Source: a virus (taxonomy: Duplodnaviria > Heunggongvirae > Uroviricota > Caudoviricetes). From it: a stretch of DNA of 64,000 bases. Location of the stretch: the IMG/VR virus record IMGVR_UViG_3300033070_001565; one strand, given 5' to 3'. The position numbers and the translations under genes were made by a program. Position 1 is the first letter of the stretch. The number at the start of each line of letters is the position of its first letter. Below are positions 9,146 through 18,434 of this stretch, piece after piece. The notes under the pieces are model-generated. The model ran no database searches. It was given only the letters and a program-made list of their open reading frames with translations, and was not told where the DNA came from.

Positions 9146-11209
9146 ATGATTATCGGTTACTCGTACCATGGTTTCTGCCAGCACATTACTAATGCGAACG
9201 TAGCAAAAACGCCTGACAGCCAACGTCTCATGCGGATGCAGTTCGTTGATGAGCTAGAGAAGCTCGGATGTAAAATCGTTGCCCTCCAGCCCCAGCGTGA
9301 GGAGGCTGGATCTCTTTACAAGATTACGAACGAGCATGGAAAATTTCCTGAGATTGATGCTCTCTTTCTTGAGTGGCGCTGGCCCACGTGGAAGAACACA
9401 ACAATCAGCGATCCTACCGGGTGGAGCGAGGATCTCGATTCGTTTAAATCGTGTCAAGAGCGTGACTGGGTCGAGCAGAGGAAGCTCATTCAGTACTACA
9501 CAATCGAGCGTGATATTCCGACATTCATTCACGATCTTGATTACAAGTTTACGCAGCAAGATGCAAACGCACTCTTGAATTCGTACTTGAAACATACAAA
9601 TCAGGAGATTAGTTACGAAGCATATCGGCAAGAGATATCGATTCCTAGAATCACGATTCTCGATCCCGGTCTCTCTCCATCATCCCATACCGGACATTTC
9701 AAGCGTATCTCTGTTCCCAATTACAGTAGCTACGATCCTGAGTTTATCAGTGAGTTTCGCAAGTTCTTCCCGCCTGATCCTAACCCACTCATGTACGGGT
9801 ACATTGGAAACAATTACGAAAGAGATCAGCAGTTCGAGCGTTACTATGGTAACCCATCACGTAGGCTGCGTAGAGAGGGAGTGCAGACGATCGTCTACGG
9901 TAACTGGACCTCTCGAAGTCCAGAACGTTGCGATCCCAGCACGACTTTCATCAAGTATCCCAGCATCGCCTTTCCAGGAAGGGTTGGCTTCTCAGATGCA
10001 ATGCACAGGCTCCGTGAGTTTGGATGTGTGACTCACATTGGAAAGGATGAAAAGTTTGCAGAGAATCACGTGATCACAATCAGGTATCACGAGGCGGCTC
10101 TCTGCGGAGTTCCTGCATTCGTTCCCTCTTGTTACAAACATGCAGACATTCTTGGAAAACAGTGGGTTGTGAGCGATGAAAAAGATGTTCTTGACCGCGT
10201 ACGATATGTGAGAGGCATGACGCTTCAAGAACGCCTCCGCGTTGTGGACGATCAAATGGAATCAATGCGTCTCAAGTGTGTTGAACTCAAGACGAGCGTC
10301 GATGTGAGAGACATCACAAAAAGAATTGTACGAATTGTCAATGATGATGATTTCAAGCAGACAATGACGCTATTAGGAGAAAAAAAGATGATAATGCTAT
10401 TCGAAGGTCCTGATCGCTGCGGTAAGACAACAATCGCGAAGTCTGTTTCGCTAGCGACACGCATTCCTTATTTCAAGTCTCGCGGAGAAAGAAAAGCAAT
10501 CTCATCGCGAGATAACGGTGCAGAGTGGTTCAAAAATACGCTTCTCTACTCAGGTCAGTACTTTGCAGATTACATCGAACAAACGAAACCGAGCATTATC
10601 ATTGACCGTGGGTACCCTTCTGAACGCGTGTACTCAAAGTTCTTTGCTCGTGAGACTCTTGAAGACGTACACAAGAAGATTGACGCAGCTTATAACCGCG
10701 CAAACGTTCGGATCATTGTCTGCCGTCGCAAATCTTACAAGGGTATCAAAGACGATGTGCGTCCAGACATTATCAATAGCGAGTCTCTTGAGCGAATCGA
10801 CTCGCTGTACGATGAGTTTGCAAAATGGACAACCTGCCCTGTACACACCGTTTGGGTGGATGATCACGATCTTGCTCGACAGACTGCAGATGTGATCGAG
10901 TTTGCTTGGAATGTGAAGGCATTATGCAAAACGTTCTTGTCACCGGTGGATATGGATTCATCGGCTCTCGCATGTGCAGGTTCCTGTCTCAAAATGGGAT
11001 TCAGTATGACATTGCAGACGATATGTCATTCGCACTGTACAAGCCAAAGTCAGATCACTCGAGCTCGATTAATTTCGGTTCGTGCGATTCTCCGGCTCTT
11101 CTCGCAAGGATTGCATCTGGTTACTACGATACGATCTTTCACTTTGCGGCTTGGGGACGTGTTGGAATGTGCACGAGTCAACCAATCGAGTCTCACGCTT
11201 CGAACGTAA
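9146..11209 (+). CDS. GT-B-like glycosyltransferase fused to a P-loop (dNMP-kinase-like) domain
   Basis: RYHEAALCGVPAFVP is GT-B-like (EAxxxGxPxx). The Walker A motif LFEGPDRCGKTTIAKS lies near residue 410. The tail is low-complexity and overlaps the next gene by about 285 nt. Confidence 0.5.
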   Translation: MIIGYSYHGFCQHITNANVAKTPDSQRLMRMQFVDELEKLGCKIVALQPQREEAGSLYKITNEHGKFPEIDALFLEWRWPTWKNTTISDPTGWSEDLDSFKSCQERDWVEQRKLIQYYTIERDIPTFIHDLDYKFTQQDANALLNSYLKHTNQEISYEAYRQEISIPRITILDPGLSPSSHTGHFKRISVPNYSSYDPEFISEFRKFFPPDPNPLMYGYIGNNYERDQQFERYYGNPSRRLRREGVQTIVYGNWTSRSPERCDPSTTFIKYPSIAFPGRVGFSDAMHRLREFGCVTHIGKDEKFAENHVITIRYHEAALCGVPAFVPSCYKHADILGKQWVVSDEKDVLDRVRYVRGMTLQERLRVVDDQMESMRLKCVELKTSVDVRDITKRIVRIVNDDDFKQTMTLLGEKKMIMLFEGPDRCGKTTIAKSVSLATRIPYFKSRGERKAISSRDNGAEWFKNTLLYSGQYFADYIEQTKPSIIIDRGYPSERVYSKFFARETLEDVHKKIDAAYNRANVRIIVCRRKSYKGIKDDVRPDIINSESLERIDSLYDEFAKWTTCPVHTVWVDDHDLARQTADVIEFAWNVKALCKTFLSPVDMDSSALACAGSCLKMGFSMTLQTICHSHCTSQSQITRARLISVRAILRLFSQGLHLVTTIRSFTLRLGDVLECARVNQSSLTLRT

Positions 11210-11979
11210 CTGCAACACTGAAATTGCTCGATGCATGCTCAAAAGTTGATGGGAAGAAACCGACGGTGATTGTCTCATCCTCTTCTGCTGTGTATGGGAA
11301 TGCACAGTCCGGTGAGCTTGGAGAGGATGGTCCAGTGGGCCCCATTTCACTCTATGGTCACCAGAAACTTACAGTTGAAGGGTATTGCCGTCTCTTTACA
11401 CAAACTCATGGAGTACCAACCGTGTGTCTCCGGTACTTCAATGTGTACGGATCAGGGCAACTTGCAAGAGGACCGTACACGACGGTAATGGCAGCGTGGG
11501 TCGATGCCCATGTAAGAGGTGAGCAGCTCAGGTGGGATGGCGATGGTGAACAGAGACGAGATTACGTGAATGTTGATGATGTCATCAACGCAAACATTCT
11601 CGCTGCAAAGAATCCCACCGGTAAGGTGTACAATGTTGGTACGGGATTTGATTACTCAAATTCTCAGCTGAGAGCAATGCTTGGTGATCTCGGCGTGAGA
11701 TTCGATAACGTCCGCATGGCTCCTGCAAGGATTGGTGACCCAGCAAAGACATGTGCAAATATCGACAGGATAGGTAATGATCTTGGCTGGAGGCCTCTGA
11801 TTCTCCTCAAAGAGGGTCTGAGAAATATGACAGTGATGGCTCTCATGAATAAAAGCCCAAAGAAAGAAGTGTTAAATGGAAGTAACAGGACGAAACTTTA
11901 CAGAAGTTTATGGCAAGCTGGCGAATGCTCTCATCAAATATCGTTACTTGCCCTCTCCAAGGGGATCCGAATCCCGTGA
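10924..11979 (+). CDS. NAD-dependent epimerase/dehydratase (second copy)
   Basis: MQNVLVTGGYGFIGS Rossmann motif, a YGHQK YxxxK motif, and a C-terminal GLRNMT region. Confidence 0.75.
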   Translation: MQNVLVTGGYGFIGSRMCRFLSQNGIQYDIADDMSFALYKPKSDHSSSINFGSCDSPALLARIASGYYDTIFHFAAWGRVGMCTSQPIESHASNVTATLKLLDACSKVDGKKPTVIVSSSSAVYGNAQSGELGEDGPVGPISLYGHQKLTVEGYCRLFTQTHGVPTVCLRYFNVYGSGQLARGPYTTVMAAWVDAHVRGEQLRWDGDGEQRRDYVNVDDVINANILAAKNPTGKVYNVGTGFDYSNSQLRAMLGDLGVRFDNVRMAPARIGDPAKTCANIDRIGNDLGWRPLILLKEGLRNMTVMALMNKSPKKEVLNGSNRTKLYRSLWQAGECSHQISLLALSKGIRIP

Positions 11980-12886
11980 GCTGCTGGGGGTTAATTTCGA
12001 GATCGAAGACCCGCTTGATCGTCTCCCAAGAATCCAGTCAAGGAATTTCAATCTTGCGTACTGTATTGCAGAGATTATCTGGTACCTCTCTGGTTCCAAC
12101 TCTGTCAAATGGATTGCACGGTACTCTCCATTCTGGCTCGGCGTGTCAGATGATGGTGTGACAGCGAATTCGGCTTATGGTAGCAGAATCTTCAGGCAGA
12201 ACGATGCTCTTGGATTCGATATCGTTCAATGGGAGACTGTAAAACAACATCTCATTGATGATCCATTTACACGCAGAGCAGTGATTCACATCAAAACTCC
12301 TGCAGATAATGATCCCTCGAGCAAGGACATTCCTTGCACTCTAGATCTTCAATTCATTTTGAGAGAGGGTCGTCTCAACATGTTTGTCAACATGCGTTCG
12401 AGCGATCTCATCTTTGGGATTGGAAACGACATTCCTGCATTCACATTCTTCCAAGAACTCATGGCAAATGAACTTGGAGTCGAAGTAGGGACGTACTCAC
12501 ACAAGAGCAACTCTCTGCACGTTTACCCGCGTCATTATGCTCTTGTGAATAGCATGGTGAACGAGCTCGATGCTGAGATTCCAACGTTCGTAAGAATGCC
12601 TAAATTGCCTCGAGGCGATGTTCCCATTGTCGATCTTGTGAAGGCTGCAGACGGTCTTGAGAGGAGAGATATCTCTCCCGATGAAGTGAAGGCGATCGTC
12701 GATTATTTCTCGATACTACCGTACTTCAGAGATTGGGTTTCAATCCTTGCTCTGCGGACAATCAAGAGCAGACTTAACAATCTGTCATTCGTGCTTGGCG
12801 CATATGAAATGAGAGCTGATTTTCTGAGTCTCCAGGAAGATCTCATCAAGAGTCTCCATACCGCTTACAGGTGGTATTATGCTTGA
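11876..12886 (+). CDS. thymidylate synthase-fold pyrimidine (hydroxy)methylase (ThyA/dNMP hydroxymethylase family)
   Basis: DIPCTLDLQFIL (catalytic Cys) is followed by MRSSDLIFGIGNDIPAF and SLHVY, matching the ThyA core order. His is absent after the Cys (PCT, not PCH). Confidence 0.6.
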   Translation: MEVTGRNFTEVYGKLANALIKYRYLPSPRGSESRELLGVNFEIEDPLDRLPRIQSRNFNLAYCIAEIIWYLSGSNSVKWIARYSPFWLGVSDDGVTANSAYGSRIFRQNDALGFDIVQWETVKQHLIDDPFTRRAVIHIKTPADNDPSSKDIPCTLDLQFILREGRLNMFVNMRSSDLIFGIGNDIPAFTFFQELMANELGVEVGTYSHKSNSLHVYPRHYALVNSMVNELDAEIPTFVRMPKLPRGDVPIVDLVKAADGLERRDISPDEVKAIVDYFSILPYFRDWVSILALRTIKSRLNNLSFVLGAYEMRADFLSLQEDLIKSLHTAYRWYYA

Positions 12887-13331
12887 TCGTCCGGACTGGG
12901 ACAGCGTGTGGATGCATATGGCACAGACAATTGCTCTGAGGGCCTACGATGAGAAGCTGAAGGTGGGATCCGTAATCGTCTCTGACGATAACACACGGGT
13001 TCTTGCGATCGGGTACAATGGAAATTACAAAGGTGGTCCAAATACCCGAGATTCGTTGGAGCCCGGTCAGAGTGGAATGCTCCACAGCGAGCTAAATGCT
13101 CTGTTGAAACTGAACTATCACGATCCAGTTCGCAAGAAGTTGTATGTGACTTCATCTCCGTGCAAGGACTGTGCAAAATGTATCATACAATCAGCGATTG
13201 ATGAAGTGATATTCTTGAATGTCTTTGCACGAGATCCGAGCGGAATTAGCTTGCTTAGTTCGAACGGGATTAAAGTTAGACAACTGGTGACTACTTACTT
13301 GAGTGATCCTGAACAGAAAGAAGCTCATTGA
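12879..13331 (+). CDS. dCMP deaminase (cytidine/deoxycytidylate deaminase zinc-binding)
   Basis: HSELNAL (HxE) and SPCKDCAKC (PCxxC) motifs. Confidence 0.8.
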   Translation: MLDRPDWDSVWMHMAQTIALRAYDEKLKVGSVIVSDDNTRVLAIGYNGNYKGGPNTRDSLEPGQSGMLHSELNALLKLNYHDPVRKKLYVTSSPCKDCAKCIIQSAIDEVIFLNVFARDPSGISLLSSNGIKVRQLVTTYLSDPEQKEAH

Positions 13332-13560
13332 GGGCATACACACTGCGTACGTTAGCTCAAGGGGGAAACTGCTCGAAGCTCTGTCACTTCAGTCTGACAC
13401 TGCCAAGATTGCTCCAGGCTTGAAAGTATCGCACGAGAGTTCAGGTCTCAGATACGATGTAGTAATCGTCGGATCTGAGGGCGTGAAACTGCGCGCTCCC
13501 GATGGTGGAGAGTTCGTTGTGAGACGTCAAGATTTTGAAAGGGAGTACTCAATTGGCTGA
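13303..13560 (+). CDS. hypothetical protein
   Basis: ORF of 85 aa. Confidence 0.3.
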   Translation: MILNRKKLIEGIHTAYVSSRGKLLEALSLQSDTAKIAPGLKVSHESSGLRYDVVIVGSEGVKLRAPDGGEFVVRRQDFEREYSIG

Positions 13561-14245
13561 TATTAGAGACGTGATAGACATTGAGGAAGTGCTCAGAGAA
13601 GCGGGAGTACCTGTAAAGTCTCGTTCTAAGATTATTACAGAGGCAACTGTTGCGCAGCCGAAGAAATTTCGTGTTGCTAGCGAGTCTGTATCTCAGAATA
13701 CAAAAGACGAGCACGCAGAGCTCTATGAAATGTACGTAAACACGTACAACAAGCTTTCGATCGAACTCGACTCTGAGAAGTCAACAGGCATCAGAAAACG
13801 CGAGTTGAAAATCGATGAGACTTATAACAGAAACGGAATCTACCTCCACGAGCTGTATTTCGCGAATTCGTTTGACGTAAAGTCACAGATATTCGCAGAT
13901 ATGCTATGCTGCGTACGATTTGAGCGTGATTGGGGGAATTTCGACGCATGGCAGAGAGATTTCTTCTCTTGTGCAATGTCTGCGAGAGAGGGCTGGGCAT
14001 GCACTGGATACGGGTTGTGGGAGAAGAAGTACGTAAACTTCTTCATTGATGGTCACGATGCTCATGTTCCGCTAGGCATCATTCCCGTCCTTGTAATCGA
14101 CATGTGGACTCACGCGTCAAAGGATTATGGGAATAACAAGAAAGAGTACTTGACATCACAGCTCAAGGAAATTAATTGGGACGTTGTCGAAGAGCGTGTT
14201 CAAAAATGTGAAAAATTCGAGATCGCATTATGTCATACACTCTAA
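13535..14245 (+). CDS. Fe/Mn superoxide dismutase-like protein (start TTG or GTG, uncertain)
   Basis: DEHAELYEMYVNTYNKL, GIYLHELYFANSF and IDMWTHASKDYGNNKKEYL align with SOD ligand motifs (HHxKHH, HxxFW, DVWEHAYY), with partial ligand conservation. Confidence 0.45.
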   Translation: MKGSTQLADIRDVIDIEEVLREAGVPVKSRSKIITEATVAQPKKFRVASESVSQNTKDEHAELYEMYVNTYNKLSIELDSEKSTGIRKRELKIDETYNRNGIYLHELYFANSFDVKSQIFADMLCCVRFERDWGNFDAWQRDFFSCAMSAREGWACTGYGLWEKKYVNFFIDGHDAHVPLGIIPVLVIDMWTHASKDYGNNKKEYLTSQLKEINWDVVEERVQKCEKFEIALCHTL

Positions 14246-14694
14246 AAAATTTGATAGAAAGGGTTGATCCCGATCTCGGGCAGGGAAACGACTCTCTTGA
14301 TGCAGAGGTAGACCGTCTGCTAACGACATTCTTGCAAGATGCGAAATCAAAGCAGCTAGAATCTCGTTCTCGAATCAAAGAAGCAGAATCACGCAGATTC
14401 GAAAAGCCTGCAGATGGAAAGCAAAAGGGAATCGAGCAAGTCGACTGTGCAAGACTGGCACAGTCAATGCAGCGGCTTATCGAGTCTCCTGAAGATATGC
14501 TCGATCTCAAGGGTCTTGTACTAAGGAGGTGCGTATCTTTCATTTCTCAACGATACGATGAACCGACCGTTGAGGCTCTCAAAAGACAGCTTGCTCAGAG
14601 GGGCATAGATTTCAATGACGTACATGGAAATAATGCAGACCTTGAACATCCTGCTCCTAGGGCAGATCGAGCAGGCCCTGGCGGGGGCTTATGA
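14230..14694 (+). CDS. hypothetical protein
   Basis: ORF of 154 aa, charged and helical. Confidence 0.4.
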   Translation: MSYTLKNLIERVDPDLGQGNDSLDAEVDRLLTTFLQDAKSKQLESRSRIKEAESRRFEKPADGKQKGIEQVDCARLAQSMQRLIESPEDMLDLKGLVLRRCVSFISQRYDEPTVEALKRQLAQRGIDFNDVHGNNADLEHPAPRADRAGPGGGL

Positions 14695-14993
14695 AGCCTG
14701 ATTCGAATCTCGTAGAGGGAAATAAGATACTCAACGTTTCTGTTCCAATAACATGTTACGTTGAAGCACGAAAGAAGCTCGTTGAGAAAAAAATTCCATT
14801 TCAACGCGTCATCGCGCATTTCTTGTACGAGATATCGATCGGATCCTCTGAGGCAAACGAGATAATAGCGAGAACTCACGAAACAAGAGTCGAACAAAAA
14901 ATATCTGAATCAAGATTCAAACTTGATAACATGAATGATGAAGATATGAATTCGCTATATTCGTTGCTTGAAAAAGAACAGAGAAAAAGTTAG
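14691..14993 (+). CDS. hypothetical protein
   Basis: ORF of 100 aa with a 4-nt overlap. Confidence 0.4.
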   Translation: MKPDSNLVEGNKILNVSVPITCYVEARKKLVEKKIPFQRVIAHFLYEISIGSSEANEIIARTHETRVEQKISESRFKLDNMNDEDMNSLYSLLEKEQRKS

Positions 14994-15181
14994 AATACTG
15001 ATATGGCTGCCAAGAAAAAATCAAAAGAAGATACTCAAGTTGAACAGCTCACAGCTGAGATTATCAATCTCAAGGCAAAGATTCTCGCTCTTTTTAATTT
15101 GGCATCGGTCTCACAGCAAAATGATCTCAAACTTCTGCAGCTTTACTCGCAGCAGGCACAATCAAATATGCTGAAAACAAC

Positions 15182-15607
15182 GTGGCCAAAACTTGGTTCT
15201 CTTGGGAAGAGGGAAGAGTACAATTGATTGACTTCATAAAGCTAAAATGGAAACAGATCATGCAATGGGGAATCTTTGTTGCCGGGATTGTCGCTCTAAT
15301 TGCCGCTCGGCTCCTCGTAAAGAAGAGTTCTGATGATTTTAACTCTCAACTTGAAAAAAGCATTGAAAGTCACAGGCTCGAGCTCGAAAATCTGAGAATC
15401 TCTCTCGAGAGAGAGAGGGCAGAAAAAGAGCAAGCGCAGAAGCTATACGAGCAGCAAAAGGCAGACATCGAAAAGAAATACGCCGCAGAACTTGCAAGAT
15501 TGTCAGAAGCTGAGCGTGGAAGAATCGACGATCTCATAAAAGAAAACGCTTCAGATCCCGTGAGTCTTACAAAAAAATTGGCAGACATTTATGGATTCTC
15601 ACAGTGA
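15182..15607 (+). CDS. membrane-anchored coiled-coil protein (i-spanin-like architecture)
   Basis: N-terminal TM segment WGIFVAGIVALIAARLLV followed by a long coiled coil (ELENLRISLERERAEKEQAQ...). Confidence 0.35.
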   Translation: MAKTWFSWEEGRVQLIDFIKLKWKQIMQWGIFVAGIVALIAARLLVKKSSDDFNSQLEKSIESHRLELENLRISLERERAEKEQAQKLYEQQKADIEKKYAAELARLSEAERGRIDDLIKENASDPVSLTKKLADIYGFSQ

Positions 15608-16032
15608 AACGTGTACTTTCTCTGATCATAATTCTTCAAATGCTCGCACTGCCAGTACATGCGCAAGAAAATGGTCGAGCAGTGTACCTTGAGAAGGGCT
15701 CGTCTGCTCCATACACTGGTACGCTGCTCGATGACGCAGCAACAGCAAAGATAATTGCAGATCGAGAGAGACAGGCTGCAGAATCTCGTGCTCTTGCAAA
15801 GAAGCTCGTTGATGAGTCGGCTGCGAAATGGTCGCTTGAGCGAGCAAACCTCATAGCATCACAGAGATCTGATATCAGCATACTCTCAACTCATGCAGCC
15901 GTACTCGAGGAGGATCTCAAGAAACAAAAACAGATCTCAGAGTCCAAATTTTCTTGGACAACTCTTGGACTGACTGGACTTGTTGGCATATCACTTGGGG
16001 TTCTAACAGCACTTTTCGTGCAGAAGAGATAA
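15604..16032 (+). CDS. secreted or membrane protein (N-terminal signal peptide plus C-terminal TM)
   Basis: MKRVLSLIIILQMLALPVHA signal peptide. The C-terminal TM segment is LGLTGLVGISLGVLTALFV. Overlaps neighbours by 4 nt. Confidence 0.35.
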   Translation: MKRVLSLIIILQMLALPVHAQENGRAVYLEKGSSAPYTGTLLDDAATAKIIADRERQAAESRALAKKLVDESAAKWSLERANLIASQRSDISILSTHAAVLEEDLKKQKQISESKFSWTTLGLTGLVGISLGVLTALFVQKR

Positions 16033-16040
16033 TTACAGTT

Positions 16041-16334
16041 ATGAGCGAAGTAACTGAACCGCTGCCAACGCCAGCACCAAGTAGATTTTGGATCAATGAC
16101 TCTGCAGGTCATCCATCAATCACGGTAACATTTCTTACGATTGCATTCGTCGTTACGACAATTGCATACGCTGGAGCGATGTTTGATTCGATTGGACCAC
16201 TACACTTCAGAGCGTTCGATTCTGCTGCATGTGCCGCCTACATGTCTCCTGTAATGGCTCTTTATCTCGGCCGCCGTTACACTGACGCCAGGTATGGAAA
16301 TCCAAATGCTCCACAGGTAGCACCAGGTGGCTGA
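16041..16334 (+). CDS. small TM protein (holin-like size)
   Basis: Product of 98 aa containing ITVTFLTIAFVVTTIAYAGAMF. Confidence 0.3.
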   Translation: MSEVTEPLPTPAPSRFWINDSAGHPSITVTFLTIAFVVTTIAYAGAMFDSIGPLHFRAFDSAACAAYMSPVMALYLGRRYTDARYGNPNAPQVAPGG

Positions 16335-17154
16335 TCACATTAACGATCTCGCATCTGATGTTCTCGATGGTGCAAAACGTAACCCTGTCGTCGGGAATAC
16401 TGCGCCGACAGGAAACGTTCAAAAACCTCGAAATAAGCAAGATGTAAAGAACGCTGTTTCATCTACGCTTGACTCGCAAGAGCTAGATAGTAATGATGCT
16501 CTACGCATATACAATGCAGTACAGCTTGCACTCTCAGACGATAATTCATCAGGTACAGAAATGAAGAACACAAAATCGAATCTCTCAGGCGGAAAAGCCG
16601 CAACACAGTCTTCTTCTCAAAAGAAGCTTGAAGCTCTCGTTCGTGAGAGTGTACGACGTCAACTCAAGAAGTTGAAGGAAGCAGGTCTCTCATTTTCCGG
16701 TTGGGATACGGGATCTGAAGAAGATACGGATGAGTTCGGAACACCAATCCGCGCAAAACGGAAGCACATCGTAGGAAACGAGGAGGAAGGCACATTCGAT
16801 CTTGAATCGATTGGAAAAGAGTTTGGTTGGAAGCCAAGCATGGCGAAGAAAGCCGTGCAACAGGCTCTCGCAAAGCTTCGCTTTCTCGTTGGTGAGATGT
16901 CAGAAGAAGAGAGAGATTCTCTCGTCGCTTCTGCAATCGCGGATTATATCAAGTATCTGAACGCATCTGGTGAGGTCACACCCGAAGAGTTGAAGCTGCT
17001 CAAGGATCACCCTGATCTCGTCAGCGAGCTCGACGGCTTCAGAGAGTTCGCTTCTGATTACATCAAGAAAGAAATGCGCAGAAATGGTGCTCCGGAGATT
17101 ATTGGAAACGCGCCAGGCGACTCAGATATTCCGCTCTTAGTTTGCTCTAATTAG
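16327..17154 (+). CDS. acidic, low-complexity protein (scaffold- or internal-protein-like)
   Basis: Product of 275 aa, rich in D, E and S, with no catalytic motif. Confidence 0.4.
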   Translation: MADHINDLASDVLDGAKRNPVVGNTAPTGNVQKPRNKQDVKNAVSSTLDSQELDSNDALRIYNAVQLALSDDNSSGTEMKNTKSNLSGGKAATQSSSQKKLEALVRESVRRQLKKLKEAGLSFSGWDTGSEEDTDEFGTPIRAKRKHIVGNEEEGTFDLESIGKEFGWKPSMAKKAVQQALAKLRFLVGEMSEEERDSLVASAIADYIKYLNASGEVTPEELKLLKDHPDLVSELDGFREFASDYIKKEMRRNGAPEIIGNAPGDSDIPLLVCSN

Positions 17155-17157
17155 AGC

Positions 17158-17895
17158 ATGATCGTTTCAATCGCTCAGACGCAGCCAATCTCAGACCAGA
17201 GCAAATCAGTTGGTGATGGCTGCAGACTCGTGATTGAGGCTGCGAGAAAAGGAGCTCAGTCAGTTTTTCTGCCTGAGCTTTCGTTCATTTACCGTTTGCC
17301 AACGAACAGACGAGAGGCGGCGGTACTCGCTCACACGAATGAGAGTCTTCCATTCTCGACAATGGCACTTGCATGCACCGGAAAGTGTTATGTTGGATTT
17401 GGATACGTTGGTCTTGAATCGGGCGAACTTTACAATGCTTACAGTATTCTCGACCCTCATGGAAAAATTATCAAAACTTGGAAAGTTGCTGATCTCAAGG
17501 GTCTCGAAGCAAATTGGTGTTCTGTGCCCGTAGTATCGCCAGAGAATGATACTGTGATAATACCAGGGTTGGGCAGGGTTGGATGTCTGATATCAGGACT
17601 GTCAAGAAAAGTCAGATATCAGGATGGTAGTGTTGACACACTTCTGGTGCCAACAAGGGAACGTCACACTGACGCTTGGCCACCAAAGGCTCAATATCTC
17701 TCAAACCTCTTTGATTGCAATCTTATCTATGCGAATATTGTTGATCCTGTCTGCAATGGAGGATCATACGTTAGTAACAGAATGGGCCAGACACAATCAT
17801 ACGGATCGTCTTTTAGCTCAGAAGCGCTAGTCGGAGCAATCATTGAAACATTACACATTCGAGCAATTCAAAAAAGATTCTTCAGAACCGATTGA
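17158..17895 (+). CDS. carbon-nitrogen hydrolase (nitrilase superfamily)-like
   Basis: E-K-C triad candidates in VFLPELSF, GKIIKTWKV and GRVGCLISG, in the canonical order. Confidence 0.45.
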   Translation: MIVSIAQTQPISDQSKSVGDGCRLVIEAARKGAQSVFLPELSFIYRLPTNRREAAVLAHTNESLPFSTMALACTGKCYVGFGYVGLESGELYNAYSILDPHGKIIKTWKVADLKGLEANWCSVPVVSPENDTVIIPGLGRVGCLISGLSRKVRYQDGSVDTLLVPTRERHTDAWPPKAQYLSNLFDCNLIYANIVDPVCNGGSYVSNRMGQTQSYGSSFSSEALVGAIIETLHIRAIQKRFFRTD

Positions 17896-18434
17896 CGTAT
17901 ATCCCGAGAGAGTAAAGCCTCCAATAGAAATTGTGAATCGCTGGGTGCACATTGGAAAATGGATTCAGCAAAGACAGTTTGATCTACCAACGCCAAAAGC
18001 TACTCAAAAATTTGTTCTTGAATGCATGCAAGAACTTGGAATTAAAACAAGCAAAATTACGATCGAGGGGCTCAGGGTCACAGTACAGCTGGGTTCAGAA
18101 CAAAATCCCGATACAGAGTGGTGTTTCTCATCAAGAGAGATCATTGATGATATTTATCGCGACACATTTTACTTGCGGGGCGGTTGAACCGACTAATTTG
18201 AATTATGCATAACGAGATACCAGTAATCGAAGCAGATGATGCAGAGGTTGCTCTGAGAGAGAAGATGATTTTTGAGAGGCTTCTCGGTTTTAGTCTGGAC
18301 TCTCCAGATGAGCCAGAAGTGATCAATGAAACTGTCAAAAAGAAGCCTGTGAAGCAAAAGGAACAACTCACCTGGGCACAAATGCGTGCTAGGAGAATGG
18401 CATCCTGGACTCCTCACGGAATGGAGTACCACAG

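Noticed and set aside
14690-14720. tRNA T-loop-like GATTCGAATC
   Set aside because: No flanking acceptor, D or anticodon stems could be formed. It lies at the start of a coding ORF.
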